Sequence record: SRR31156797_2197
Direction: 5' to 3' (one strand)
Length of the DNA stretch: 64,000 nt
Shown here: positions 28,732-38,020 of the stretch, in pieces
Position numbering within the stretch: the stretch's first letter is position 1
Layout of the letters: the number at the start of each line of letters is the position of its first letter
Made by a program: the position numbers and the translations under genes
The notes under the pieces: generated by a model
Seen by the model: only the letters and a program-made list of their open reading frames with translations
Databases searched by the model: none
What the model was told of the DNA's origin: nothing

Positions 28732-29166
28732 CTAATTATTGATATAAAAGCTTTTCTGAAGGCTTATGTTTTTGCCCTTTACGGAGCCTTTCGCCTTCAG
28801 AACATAATACCCTTCTGAATCCACAGTGAATACGGACGCATATATGCCGTCTGTTGATGTGTCCGCTTCAATAATCTTCATATCTTTATCTGAGGCGGGG
28901 CGGGTTATAATAAACTGTACCCCTTCAACAGATGTATTCTTATCACTAAGTTTGAACTTTAAAGTTATTTTGTCATCAGCTTTCTGCTGTTGAATAATAT
29001 CAATACTGAGTCCGTTATCTTTGAGGAATTTCTTGTCAGCGTCGTAGTTTAAGCCGGTTTCATAAGGCTGTTCGGTCACTTTCCCATCGAAGTATTTCAC
29101 ACCTATATATATGGAAGGGGCGATAGTAAGGAATCCGATAAAAAATATTATAAGGCTGACTTTCAT
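28732..29166 (-). CDS. ccoH: FixH/CcoH-family protein
   Basis: N-terminal TM, FDGKVTEQPYETGLNYD, TRPASDKD; follows ccoG. Confidence 0.85.
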   Translation of the reverse strand: MKVSLIIFFIGFLTIAPSIYIGVKYFDGKVTEQPYETGLNYDADKKFLKDNGLSIDIIQQQKADDKITLKFKLSDKNTSVEGVQFIITRPASDKDMKIIEADTSTDGIYASVFTVDSEGYYVLKAKGSVKGKNISLQKSFYINN

Positions 29167-29174
29167 GTTTTCTC

Positions 29175-30392
29175 CTATTTCTTTCTTCTGATTGGTCTTC
29201 TGAAGCTGAGCTCACTTTCGAGCGGTTTACCTTCCTTATCGCTGCCGAGTGACTGCATGGTAAGCGACAAGATAGGCTTCTTTTTAAGCTCATCCGCTGG
29301 GATGAATATAAACACTTTCTCTTTGAAAGTAGCATCCGGCTCAACAGTGATAGGCTCGTACTGAAGTCTGTAATTAGTAAACTCTTTAAGCTTCAGCTCA
29401 ACTTTGAGCGGCTCTTTTGTAAGGTTTTTAAGCATGATCTCATAAGAGTTGATGACCGTATCATCTTTGTATCTAGGCAGAAATGATGAGTTTGGAAATA
29501 CCTGAAACTCATACGGTTTGACATTTGCCGCCATGAATATAAACCCTACAAGGAAAACAACAGATACAAAAGCTGTGATCAGAACATTGGTTCTGAGCGG
29601 CTTTTTCACATTGTCGAATCCGTATATGTAGTCTATGAGGGTTACAACGTCCTCATCTTCTCTCTTCATAGTCTCTGTACAGGCTGTAATACATCGCCCG
29701 CAGTTAATACACTGGCTGTCCATCCCCTGACGTATGTCGATTCCGACTGGGCAGGTTGTCACACACGCCTGACATTTAACACACTTGTAGCTGGTTTCAG
29801 GATCCATAGCGATGATAAGTGTATTTTCGTCAAACATTACCGACTGAAATTTTGAATAAGGACAGATAGTTGTACAGAATTTATATCTGATGAGTGTTAG
29901 GTTCAGATAGGTTAATACGGTGAGCACTATTGTAAACCAAGCTGTAGCTGAGCTGAGTGTGCCGTTTGCTATATCAGCGAAGAAAGCGTAAGGCGAAACA
30001 AAGTACCAAACCATAGATGCGCCTATGATTGCGCTCACTATAAATGTAATTATATGGAATAAAAGCTTCGATGCGAAGCCGAGATTTTTATTTTCAAGAA
30101 ACTTGGTAAAATTCATAAGTACGGTCTGAGGACAGAGCCATCCACACCAGATACGACCGTATAACTGGGTGATAAGTATAAAAATAAAAGTGATAAGGAA
30201 CGTGAGAATCAATATGATAAAAAAGTTCTCAATATAAATAGTCTTTCCAAAAAAGAGCATACCGAGAGACGGGATGTCAAACCGGAATGCGCTTTCTCCG
30301 TTGAGCCTGATGAATGGTAAGAAAAGATATATGGCTGTCCATATAACCCTTACCACCCACCGCTTCTGCTGAAGTTCCATGCCGTTACTCAT
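29175..30392 (-). CDS. ccoG: CcoG/FixG 4Fe-4S membrane protein
   Basis: GRIWCGWLCPQT, FC..ICPY..FQS, CVKCQACVTTCP, CINCGRCITAC; start 30392 or 30398. Confidence 0.93.
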   Translation of the reverse strand: MSNGMELQQKRWVVRVIWTAIYLFLPFIRLNGESAFRFDIPSLGMLFFGKTIYIENFFIILILTFLITFIFILITQLYGRIWCGWLCPQTVLMNFTKFLENKNLGFASKLLFHIITFIVSAIIGASMVWYFVSPYAFFADIANGTLSSATAWFTIVLTVLTYLNLTLIRYKFCTTICPYSKFQSVMFDENTLIIAMDPETSYKCVKCQACVTTCPVGIDIRQGMDSQCINCGRCITACTETMKREDEDVVTLIDYIYGFDNVKKPLRTNVLITAFVSVVFLVGFIFMAANVKPYEFQVFPNSSFLPRYKDDTVINSYEIMLKNLTKEPLKVELKLKEFTNYRLQYEPITVEPDATFKEKVFIFIPADELKKKPILSLTMQSLGSDKEGKPLESELSFRRPIRRKK

Positions 30393-30531
30393 CGTCATCG
30401 TCCAGCATGTTATACTTTGCCTGCTCGATCTTGCTTTTGTTCTTCTTGGAATAGTTGTAGAAGATTATACCCGCAAAAACTACAACCAGACATATGCCGT
30501 AAAAAAGAAACGATAGTGGTGTTCCGATCAT
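30385..30531 (-). CDS. ccoQ: cbb3 oxidase subunit CcoQ (not in ORF track)
   Basis: Read by hand: MIGTPLSFLFYGICLVVVFAGIIFYNYSKKNKSKIEQAKYNMLDDDDE; GGAGG RBS. Confidence 0.82.
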   Translation of the reverse strand: MIGTPLSFLFYGICLVVVFAGIIFYNYSKKNKSKIEQAKYNMLDDDDE

Positions 30532-30555
30532 TGTTCTTCCTCCGTTTGAAGAAAA

Positions 30556-30659
30556 TAAGAGGGCATCACCTATGCCGCTATCTACAGACTTAACACGTCA
30601 CCCTGAACCGCAGAGTGAAATAGACAAGCTTATAGAAAGCGGCACAAGCCGCCCTCTTA
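30556..30659 (-). repeat. ~100-nt imperfect inverted repeat (RNA stem-loop) inside the cco operon
   Basis: Nested stems AAGAGGGC/GCCCTCTT, CTTGTGCCGCT/AGCGGCATAGG, TCTATAAGCTT/AAGTCTGTAGA, TCACTCTG/CAGGGTGA; many G-U pairs on minus strand. Confidence 0.8.
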
Positions 30660-30675
30660 GAAAACTAAGTTGTTT

Positions 30676-30873
30676 TTACTTTGCTACGTCTTTCATAACT
30701 TCTTCAAGCTGTTTCTCTTGTGACCAGCCGGAAAAGGCAGGTGTATAGGCGTATGTGTAGTAAATACCAAACACAATGAGACCTATGAAGAGGATAAGCC
30801 ATCCGAGCGGAAGTACGTTTTCTGTGTCTTCTCTCTGGAATTCTTCAATGTTATCAAATTCTTCCTCAATCAT
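30676..30873 (-). CDS. ccoP: Stand-alone CcoP/FixP N-terminal membrane domain (no haem motif)
   Basis: FDNIEE..ENVLPLGWLILFIGLIVFGIYY..GWSQ matches the FixP N-terminus; GGAGG RBS; no CxxCH. Confidence 0.75.
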   Translation of the reverse strand: MIEEEFDNIEEFQREDTENVLPLGWLILFIGLIVFGIYYTYAYTPAFSGWSQEKQLEEVMKDVAK

Positions 30874-30887
30874 GATGTACCTCCGTA

Positions 30888-31772
30888 TTATTTAAGGCTT
30901 TTGATGTATTCAACAATAGCCCATATCTTGTCTTTGCTAAACTTGCTTGCGTAGCCAGGCATAGCGCCTTCGAAGCCGTTAGCAACAGTTATGTAAGTGT
31001 CAGTATCAGCAGGCTCGCCTTCTGTATAGTCGAAGAGGGAACCGCCGATGTTACCTTCAGCGTTTTGCCCGTGACAGCCGGCACATTCAGCTTTGTAAAG
31101 ATTCTTACCGAGAGCGATAGCTTCCGCACTGCCGTTAACAGGGCTTGAGGCTTCGATCATGTCTTCGTCAACAGTGATCACTGCTTCTCTCTCAATAGAA
31201 GTACCGAGTACCTGCATGTAAGCGACCATAGCGTCGAGCTGTGTCATTTCTGCGAGCTCGGCAGCTTCTTCCTCTGTGTAAGGGAAGCTGAGTGCATCCA
31301 TTCTGGCAAGTGTCTCTTTTACGTTAAGAGGCTTGTTCTTAAACCAAGGGTATGGAGGCATGTTCGACTTAGGGTAGAAAGCCTGTGGGCTCTCAAAGTG
31401 CTGTACGTGCCACTCATCAGGGTACTTACCACCGATTCTAGCGAGGTCAGGACCTGTTCTCTTTGATCCCCAAAGGAATGGTCTGTCGTAAGCGAACTCA
31501 CCAGCTTTGGAGTAAGGGCCGTATCTCAGAACGTCAGCTTTAAGAGGACGAACTGTCTGTGTGTGACAGTTAACACAGCCTTCTGCCTGATAAACATCTC
31601 TACCTGCAAGCTGGAGAGCTGTATAAGGCTGGAGATCTTCAGTTTTAGGGTGCATACCCTCTGTAAACATAGGTACGAACACGGTAGCGATAGTACCTAT
31701 AAGGACTGTTACAGCCGCAACTATAGAGAAAAGGAGGGCTTTGTTATAGATTGAGTTTTCGTTATTGCTCAT
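30888..31772 (-). CDS. ccoO: cbb3 oxidase subunit CcoO with extra C-terminal cytochrome c domain
   Basis: GRDVYQAEGCVNCHTQ.VRP, WGSKRTGPDLARIGGKY, SNMPPY; second CAGCH...MPGY domain. Confidence 0.92.
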   Translation of the reverse strand: MSNNENSIYNKALLFSIVAAVTVLIGTIATVFVPMFTEGMHPKTEDLQPYTALQLAGRDVYQAEGCVNCHTQTVRPLKADVLRYGPYSKAGEFAYDRPFLWGSKRTGPDLARIGGKYPDEWHVQHFESPQAFYPKSNMPPYPWFKNKPLNVKETLARMDALSFPYTEEEAAELAEMTQLDAMVAYMQVLGTSIEREAVITVDEDMIEASSPVNGSAEAIALGKNLYKAECAGCHGQNAEGNIGGSLFDYTEGEPADTDTYITVANGFEGAMPGYASKFSKDKIWAIVEYIKSLK

Positions 31773-31783
31773 TGTTAGCCTCC

Positions 31784-33193
31784 TTAACCTTCAGCCTGAA
31801 GCTTGGCAAGATTTTCTTTACCCTGCTTCATAGTCATATATACGTTGTAGATAAAGAAGAGCATACCGACTACGAATATAAGTCCGGCTACAGTTCTCAT
31901 CTGCCAGTAAGGATAGTTACGCACCAGACCTTCCATGAAGGTGTACTGGAGAGTACCGTCCGCTGTTGTCATCTTCCACATTGCACCCTGCTGGATACCA
32001 GTGATCCACATTGTGATGGAGAACATAAGCTGCCCTACAAGCACAAGCCAGAAGTGTGTGTTAGCGATTTTTTCGCTGAAAATCTTTGTCTTATACATAG
32101 CCGGAAGCATGTAATAGATCGAAGCACAGATAACCATTGTTACCCAGCCCATAGTACCCATGTGTACGTGACCAGGAACCCAGTCAGTATAGTGGATGAG
32201 GGATGAGATAACTCTGATACCCTGTGATGGTCCCTGAATAGTCTGGAGACCGTAGAATGTGATACCGATGATGAAGAATTTAGTGAGATAGTGTGATCTC
32301 ATTCTTGACCAGTCTTTATCAACAGTGAAATAGCCGTTTACAACTGAACCCCACGACGGTGCGATGAGGAATAGTGTGAAAGCTATACCGAGTGTCTGAA
32401 TCCAGTCTGGCAGCGGAGTGTAAACAAGGTGGTGAGCACCTGTCCACAGATATGCGAATATGAGCGACCAGAAAGAGATGATAGACAGTCTGTGTGAGAA
32501 CAGAGGAAGCCCGGTGGACTTCGGAAGGAAGTAGTAGAACATAGCCAGAATTGGTGTCGTAAAGAGGAAACCAACGGCGTTATGTCCGTACCACCACTCA
32601 ACATTCGCACTGTTTACACCTGCAAAGAGATGATAAGACTTTGTCAGTGTGGCAGGTATCGAAAGGTTATTCACTATGTACAGGATAGCTACTGTAATGA
32701 TAGTAGCGATGATGTACCAGAGGGAGACATAAAGGTGCTTCTCCTTCCTTGTGAAAATTGTTCCGAGGACGTTGATAGCAAACATTACCCAGAGGATAAC
32801 GATAGCCAGGTCAAACGGCCACTCGAACTCAGCATACTCAAGGGACTGATTCATACCAAATAAAAGCGAGAGACCCGCAGCAGCAACACCTATGTTGAAA
32901 ATCCAAAGGTGGGCTCTAGCGAGTTTTGGAAGAACCAGAGGTCGCTTGGTAAGCCTGATAGTTATGTAGTAAAAAAGACCAAACTCGGCACCGATACCAA
33001 GACCGTATGCGAGAACATTGGTGTGGAAGGTTCTCATTCTACCGAAAGAAAGGAACTCATTTGCAAAATTGAGTTTCGCTTCCCACATCTGGGCAGAAAT
33101 AAGAAGACCAGCCACAAGTCCAATAACACCCCAGAAGATGGCAGAGATTACAAATCCTCTTACCGTCCCATAGTCGTATTGATACTCGTTCAT
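31784..33193 (-). CDS. ccoN: cbb3-type cytochrome c oxidase subunit I
   Basis: GRMRTFHTN, EYAEFEW, WWYGHNAVGF, WTGAHHL, GHVHMGTMGW. Confidence 0.96.
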   Translation of the reverse strand: MNEYQYDYGTVRGFVISAIFWGVIGLVAGLLISAQMWEAKLNFANEFLSFGRMRTFHTNVLAYGLGIGAEFGLFYYITIRLTKRPLVLPKLARAHLWIFNIGVAAAGLSLLFGMNQSLEYAEFEWPFDLAIVILWVMFAINVLGTIFTRKEKHLYVSLWYIIATIITVAILYIVNNLSIPATLTKSYHLFAGVNSANVEWWYGHNAVGFLFTTPILAMFYYFLPKSTGLPLFSHRLSIISFWSLIFAYLWTGAHHLVYTPLPDWIQTLGIAFTLFLIAPSWGSVVNGYFTVDKDWSRMRSHYLTKFFIIGITFYGLQTIQGPSQGIRVISSLIHYTDWVPGHVHMGTMGWVTMVICASIYYMLPAMYKTKIFSEKIANTHFWLVLVGQLMFSITMWITGIQQGAMWKMTTADGTLQYTFMEGLVRNYPYWQMRTVAGLIFVVGMLFFIYNVYMTMKQGKENLAKLQAEG

Positions 33194-33210
33194 TCAGACC
33201 TCCTGATGGT

Positions 33211-33638
33211 TTAAATATTAACCAGTTTATTGTCTCTATTATTAAAGATAAACTCTTTAATCTTAGCATTCTGAAGCTTACTTATGATGTCTCTCTCTAT
33301 CTCACCAAAAAGGACATTCACCTTGCATATAGGCATTAGTCTGCAGGTAGCGTTAGGGCTTAGGCACTGGTTTACTCTCGTTTCGAAACCCATGCACCTG
33401 AGTATGTCATAAAGACTAGCATCTAGTGATTGTTCGGTGGCGGTGAGCCCGCCTTCCTTACCTGTTTTGGTGATGAGGAACCCGCAGGATTTAAGTTTGC
33501 TGACAATTTGACAACAATAGGGCGCGAAAGATAAAGGCTTGAGCAGATATCTTTGATCTTTACCATCTTACCCTCTGTTGCGAGATAGACCATAATGCGT
33601 ATTGCGTAGTCCTCTTCTCTATGTTTAAACGAATCCAT
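33211..33638 (-). pseudogene. Rrf2-family regulator interrupted by a 1-nt frameshift
   Basis: 5' frame MDSFKHREEDYAIRIMVYLA..IVVK; adding one A at 33507-33509 continues IVSKLKSCGFLITKTGKEGGL..SLYDILRCMG..CLSPNATCRLMPIC; may be an assembly error. Confidence 0.85.
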
Positions 33639-33702
33639 TGTATACCCCACAGGTATACAATACCTAATTTTGCATAAATATGTCAACAAAGATTGTATAC
33701 AA
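33638..33702. promoter_or_regulatory. Operator-like palindromes and promoter upstream of rrf2-cco
   Basis: TTGTATACC-N5-GGTATACAA (33638-33660); TTGTATACAA (33693-33702); TTGACA-18 nt-TATTGT on minus strand. Confidence 0.6.
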
Positions 33703-33716
33703 AAGCATACCCTTTC

Positions 33717-33992
33717 TTACATAGGTTCATTATGTTTTAGCTCCATCATGACCAAGTCGTTGTCAAGCCTTTTAAAAGCAGGTTTAAGCCTTTCCATAAT
33801 GAATTCGTAGCTATCTTTATTATGATTTTTTTCGCACTTGGAGCAATCTTTGATATTTCCTATAAAATTAGAGTCGCCGCCGCAATCTTTAAAGAAATAA
33901 AGAGGGCAGTAACAGAAGAGGCAGTTCTGGTCTTCAAGACCGTGACAGGGATAATACTCACAATCTGTATTGGAAAAATGTTTGTAACTCAA
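33717..33992 (-). CDS. Cysteine-rich small domain protein
   Basis: CEYYPCH..NCLFCYCPLY..CGG..KDCSKC..H; TTG start. Confidence 0.85.
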   Translation of the reverse strand: MSYKHFSNTDCEYYPCHGLEDQNCLFCYCPLYFFKDCGGDSNFIGNIKDCSKCEKNHNKDSYEFIMERLKPAFKRLDNDLVMMELKHNEPM

Positions 33993-34157
33993 CTCTCACC
34001 CCAAATGAAATATATCTTTATATTTTAACACTTTTTTCATATCTTGTTACATAAATTTACTGGATATTATTCAGTGGTATCACCTTTACATTTCTTTATG
34101 AAAATAAACTACTCAGTGTATAGGTTCTGTGATATTTCTCACTGATAGGGGAATAAA

Positions 34158-34688
34158 ATGAATAGAAAAAAAAGATTTACAGAGGATTTGTTCGAAGCGG
34201 AAAAAGTTTTTGAAGAGCTAGATATTAGAGATGGTCAGACTGTTGTTGACGTTGGTTTTGGCAATGGATATATGTCTTTAAATTTTTCAGAGAAGGTCGG
34301 TGAGTCTGGTAAAGTTATAGCGATAGATGTAAACCGGGAACAGGTTGATGATTTTATGAATAGTGACCTGCCTGATAATATAAAGGTTATCTGCGCTGAT
34401 GCGACAAGCGGAACAGGTATGGATGACTCTATTGCTGATATTATATATGTCTCAACAGTTTTTCATATTTTTTCAGATGATAAGCTGAAAAGTTTTATCA
34501 AAGAGCTGAAACGACTGGTTAAAGATGACGGAGTCATTGTCATTATTGAGATTATAAAAGCGGAGACAGGTTTCGGACCTCCGATGAATATGCGCTATTC
34601 TGAAGACGAGGTAATCGCCCTCACAGGTATGAAAGAGGTAAAAAGAGCTATGGTGAGCGATGCATTTTATATGCTTACTCTGAAGTAG
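34158..34688 (+). CDS. Class I SAM-dependent methyltransferase
   Basis: VVDVGFGNG, VIAID, VFH, RLVKDDG.IVIIE, GPP. Confidence 0.85.
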   Translation: MNRKKRFTEDLFEAEKVFEELDIRDGQTVVDVGFGNGYMSLNFSEKVGESGKVIAIDVNREQVDDFMNSDLPDNIKVICADATSGTGMDDSIADIIYVSTVFHIFSDDKLKSFIKELKRLVKDDGVIVIIEIIKAETGFGPPMNMRYSEDEVIALTGMKEVKRAMVSDAFYMLTLK

Positions 34689-35373
34689 CCTCTTCTTTCT
34701 CTTTAAGTTTCTTTAAAAGGTCAGCTTTCTGGAGTTCCTTAGTAGCTTCCGCTGCGGTTTCTTTTGCTGGTTTGAGGTTATCCTCTTTCATCTGTTTCGC
34801 TATTCGTACAGCCTTGCGGTTGTAGTGTAGCGAGCGTTTCCCTATGTTGCGCAGAGCCCAGCTCACAGCTTTACGGACGTAATTACGTTTGTCCCAGCAC
34901 TCATTAAGGATGAGTCCGAAGAAACCGTCTACATCTTTTTCACGCAGGTCAGGATGCTTGAGTGCATAGTTTGCCATGACAGAAAAGCCGGCACGTTTCA
35001 CATAAGTTTCATCTCTGATGCACCACTCGATGATTTTCGCTCTGGCGAACTCAGTGTGGTAAACGTAGTTATTACAGAATTGGTCGCATAAATCCCATGA
35101 ATTTATATCCTCAACCCATTCGTCTAATAGAGAATTATCAGCTTTTTCAGGTTCAGCTATGATTGTGGCTAGTATTCTTGCCTCGTGGATTTCAGTGTCC
35201 CAAAGCTGGATGGCAAGATCATGGTTTGCACCAATTTCTTTAGCAAGAGAGCGGAGCTCTTCAACTTTTACACCGACTGCTTTTTCTGTGTTGATGCCGA
35301 ATTTTGCCATACCTTTTATATTGTCTTCGTTTCGTCTCTCTTCAAGCCAGTTAATTATTTCATTTTGATTCAT
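34675..35373 (-). CDS. DNA alkylation repair protein (AlkD-like)
   Basis: LW...[40 protein letters not shown]. Confidence 0.88.
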   Translation of the reverse strand: MNQNEIINWLEERRNEDNIKGMAKFGINTEKAVGVKVEELRSLAKEIGANHDLAIQLWDTEIHEARILATIIAEPEKADNSLLDEWVEDINSWDLCDQFCNNYVYHTEFARAKIIEWCIRDETYVKRAGFSVMANYALKHPDLREKDVDGFFGLILNECWDKRNYVRKAVSWALRNIGKRSLHYNRKAVRIAKQMKEDNLKPAKETAAEATKELQKADLLKKLKEKEEATSE

Positions 35374-37046
35374 TTGCCGAGGTATCCTTTTAGTGCGTTG
35401 AAAAGAGTAGGGTGACCGCCTGCATATTTGATAAGCCTGTCAGCGGCGAAATCTATCATCTCTTTATCTTTTGCTATGTCCATATATTCGCCGTGTTTTT
35501 CCATAAGTTCAACCATGAGGCATGACGGGTTAGGGGTTGAATCGTCAAAGGTGTCAACTACTTGCTTTCCTGTATCGAGATAGAAAATACCATCACAGTA
35601 GAAAAGCTCAATAGCCGCCTCGGTGAAAGCTGCCGCTTCTGCGAGGAAAGGGCGTTCGTTAGTTATATCGAAAAAATCAAGATAAGTCTTTATAGTAAAT
35701 GCGTAATCTTCAAGTGTTACAGTGTCGTGTACTTCACCATGATAATTAATTCTGAAAAGCTTCTTTTCATCCATATGAAGGTGTTTCATCTTGCCAATCA
35801 GTGCTGTCGCCTGTTCCATGTAATACTCTCTTCCGGACATTTCAAACATCTTCAGAAGGGCAGAGCAGAAGAGCATATTCAGCGAAAGAATAATTTTCAT
35901 ATCCTTATTAGGTTTGGCACGTTCGTTTGACTCTCTAAGCTTTTCAAAATGACTCTCAAGCTGGATGTAAGTGTTGTGGTCAGCAGATTTAACGTTTATA
36001 ACGCCTTCGTGCAGGTCGATAAGGTCTTTTACAGGTTCGATAAGCTGTTCGGAAACGGTATAGTAAAACCCTTCAACATTTTTACCATCTTCACCAAGAC
36101 TGTCAGCGTCCATAGCTGATATCAGCCCGAACTCAGAATTGAACTCAGAGAGGACAAAGTCTATAGTCTTTTCCGCAATGGTGAGATAGAGGATGTTGTC
36201 TGTTTTTTCAAACATGCTGAGGAGGAAAGATGCGTTTTGAGCATTATCATAGAGCATCTTTTCAAAGTGCGGCACATGCCACTGGTTATCCACAGTGTAT
36301 CTGTAAAAACCGCCATTTATATGGTCGTAAAGCCCGCTGGTACACATCTTGTCCGCAGTTAGCTTAAGGAATTCTGCTATTTCAGGGTCGTCAAAATGGT
36401 CTAGCATAGCGTTCATTATAGGGATATTCGGGAATTTCGCATCCTTGCCGACACCACCGTTTACCTTGTCCATCATTTTCTTATATATGTTAAGAACATC
36501 CCCGGTATAGAAATCAGTAAGGGAGTCCATATCATGCTCGGTGGCGATGAACTTACTGTAGAAATTGTCATAGTTATCAGCGTATTTTATAGCTTCTTTA
36601 GGGTTATCTTTAAAAAGATTTCCTAGCTGAGAGACTATATCTTTGAAAGCTGGCAGGTTATGCTTCGCTTCCGGCGGGAAATATGTCCCACCAAAGAATG
36701 CACGTCCGTCTGGCAGAGCGAAAACACTAAGAGGCCATCCGCCTCTTTTACCAGTTGCATGAAGGTAGAACTGATATTTTTTATCTATTTCCGGATATTC
36801 CTCCCTGTCGATCTTTACAGGAACGAAATGATCATTCAAAACTTTTGCTGCTGCTGGGTCCTCAAATGTTTCGTGCGCCATTACGTGACACCAGTGGCAT
36901 GATGAGTAGCCGATACTTATAAACAGAGGCTTATTTTCACGTTTCGCAAGTGCGAGTGTCTCAGGTGTATACGGCTGCCAGTTAACAGGATTTTCTGCGT
37001 GCTGCCTAAGGTATAGGCTTTTTTCATTACTAAGTATGTTATTCAT
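35370..37046 (-). CDS. YyaL/DUF255 thioredoxin-domain protein
   Basis: [48 protein letters not shown]. Confidence 0.9.
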   Translation of the reverse strand: MNNILSNEKSLYLRQHAENPVNWQPYTPETLALAKRENKPLFISIGYSSCHWCHVMAHETFEDPAAAKVLNDHFVPVKIDREEYPEIDKKYQFYLHATGKRGGWPLSVFALPDGRAFFGGTYFPPEAKHNLPAFKDIVSQLGNLFKDNPKEAIKYADNYDNFYSKFIATEHDMDSLTDFYTGDVLNIYKKMMDKVNGGVGKDAKFPNIPIMNAMLDHFDDPEIAEFLKLTADKMCTSGLYDHINGGFYRYTVDNQWHVPHFEKMLYDNAQNASFLLSMFEKTDNILYLTIAEKTIDFVLSEFNSEFGLISAMDADSLGEDGKNVEGFYYTVSEQLIEPVKDLIDLHEGVINVKSADHNTYIQLESHFEKLRESNERAKPNKDMKIILSLNMLFCSALLKMFEMSGREYYMEQATALIGKMKHLHMDEKKLFRINYHGEVHDTVTLEDYAFTIKTYLDFFDITNERPFLAEAAAFTEAAIELFYCDGIFYLDTGKQVVDTFDDSTPNPSCLMVELMEKHGEYMDIAKDKEMIDFAADRLIKYAGGHPTLFNALKGYLGK

Positions 37047-37072
37047 TTTTATCTCAAAGGTTAAGTGGGTTA

Positions 37073-37312
37073 TTATCTGTTAAAAAAGAAGAAGATAACA
37101 AGGAAGAGGACTAGGATAAAGCCGATGACTTTCACTTTGCCAAGCAGTGCCGGGTTAACTTTGATCTCACCAGTGCGTCCGTCAAGCTCCTCTTCGGTGA
37201 GGTCAGAACCTTCGAAATCCATAAAGTCGAACTTATAGCTGCACTCAGGGCACATCTTCTCTTCCGGTACTACATTATCACCGCATTCAGGGCATCTTAT
37301 GGTCTTTTCCAT
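37073..37312 (-). CDS. Zinc-ribbon protein with C-terminal TM helix
   Basis: CPECG..CPEC; hydrophobic C-terminus; GAGGAG RBS. Confidence 0.7.
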   Translation of the reverse strand: MEKTIRCPECGDNVVPEEKMCPECSYKFDFMDFEGSDLTEEELDGRTGEIKVNPALLGKVKVIGFILVLFLVIFFFFNR

Positions 37313-37390
37313 GATATCTCTCCTCTAAAAGACAATAACACTCCTAACCTAAAATGCAATAATTAATAAGTAAATAAATTACAATTCCTG

Positions 37391-37819
37391 TTAATGCTCT
37401 TTTAGCCAGCTAATCACTTTCTCTTTGATCTCATCTTTTACTATGCGGGTTTGCTCTTTGATTATCTCGTTTGTCCCTTTGAATTTTGCTGGATCGGCTA
37501 TGTCCCATGTGTAAGTGGATAGTATATCTGGGAAAACAGGACATCTCTCTGATGACTTATGATCACAAACTTTAATAACATAATGATACATACGACCTTC
37601 TTTGAAGAAGTCGAAAACAAGATCAGTAGTATTGCCTGTCAGCTCAAGCCCTTCATCTTCTTTCATTATGTCAACGACAAATGGGTTAAGCTTAGATTCG
37701 GTGAGTCCGGCGCTCTCCGCTACGAATTTGCCTTCAGCATACTTGTTAAGGAATGCCTCAGCCATCTGGCTTCTTGCACTGTTATGTACACATACGAAAA
37801 GAACTTTTTTTATACTCAT
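37391..37819 (-). CDS. arsC: Arsenate reductase ArsC / LMW-PTP family
   Basis: VLFVCVHNSARSQMAEA, SAG, VCD..ERCPVFP, W...DP. Confidence 0.85.
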   Translation of the reverse strand: MSIKKVLFVCVHNSARSQMAEAFLNKYAEGKFVAESAGLTESKLNPFVVDIMKEDEGLELTGNTTDLVFDFFKEGRMYHYVIKVCDHKSSERCPVFPDILSTYTWDIADPAKFKGTNEIIKEQTRIVKDEIKEKVISWLKEH

Positions 37820-37897
37820 AAGTAGACCTCATGTGAAGATATAGTGAGTATAACCTATCAGCATTAGAAAAATGTCAAAGTGTTGTGGAGTTGTTAT

Positions 37898-37931
37898 AAA
37901 GCAGAGGAGCGGTGACTAATCGCCCCTCTGC
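37898..37931 (-). terminator. Terminator downstream of maeB
   Basis: Minus strand GCAGAGGGGCGATT..CGCTCCTCTGC-TTT. Confidence 0.65.
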
Positions 37932-38020
37932 AAAGGGATTAGGAGATTAGATACTTGATTGGTTTTGCAAACGCCATATTCATTAGTATCTATCTAAGGC
38001 ATCTTTTATATCATTTAGTG

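Noticed and set aside
33423-33689. ORF-track 88-aa and 60-aa proteins as separate genes
   Set aside because: They are the two halves of one frameshifted Rrf2 gene.
37391-37819. Arsenic resistance operon
   Set aside because: Only a lone ArsC-family gene; no arsR, arsB or acr3 nearby.
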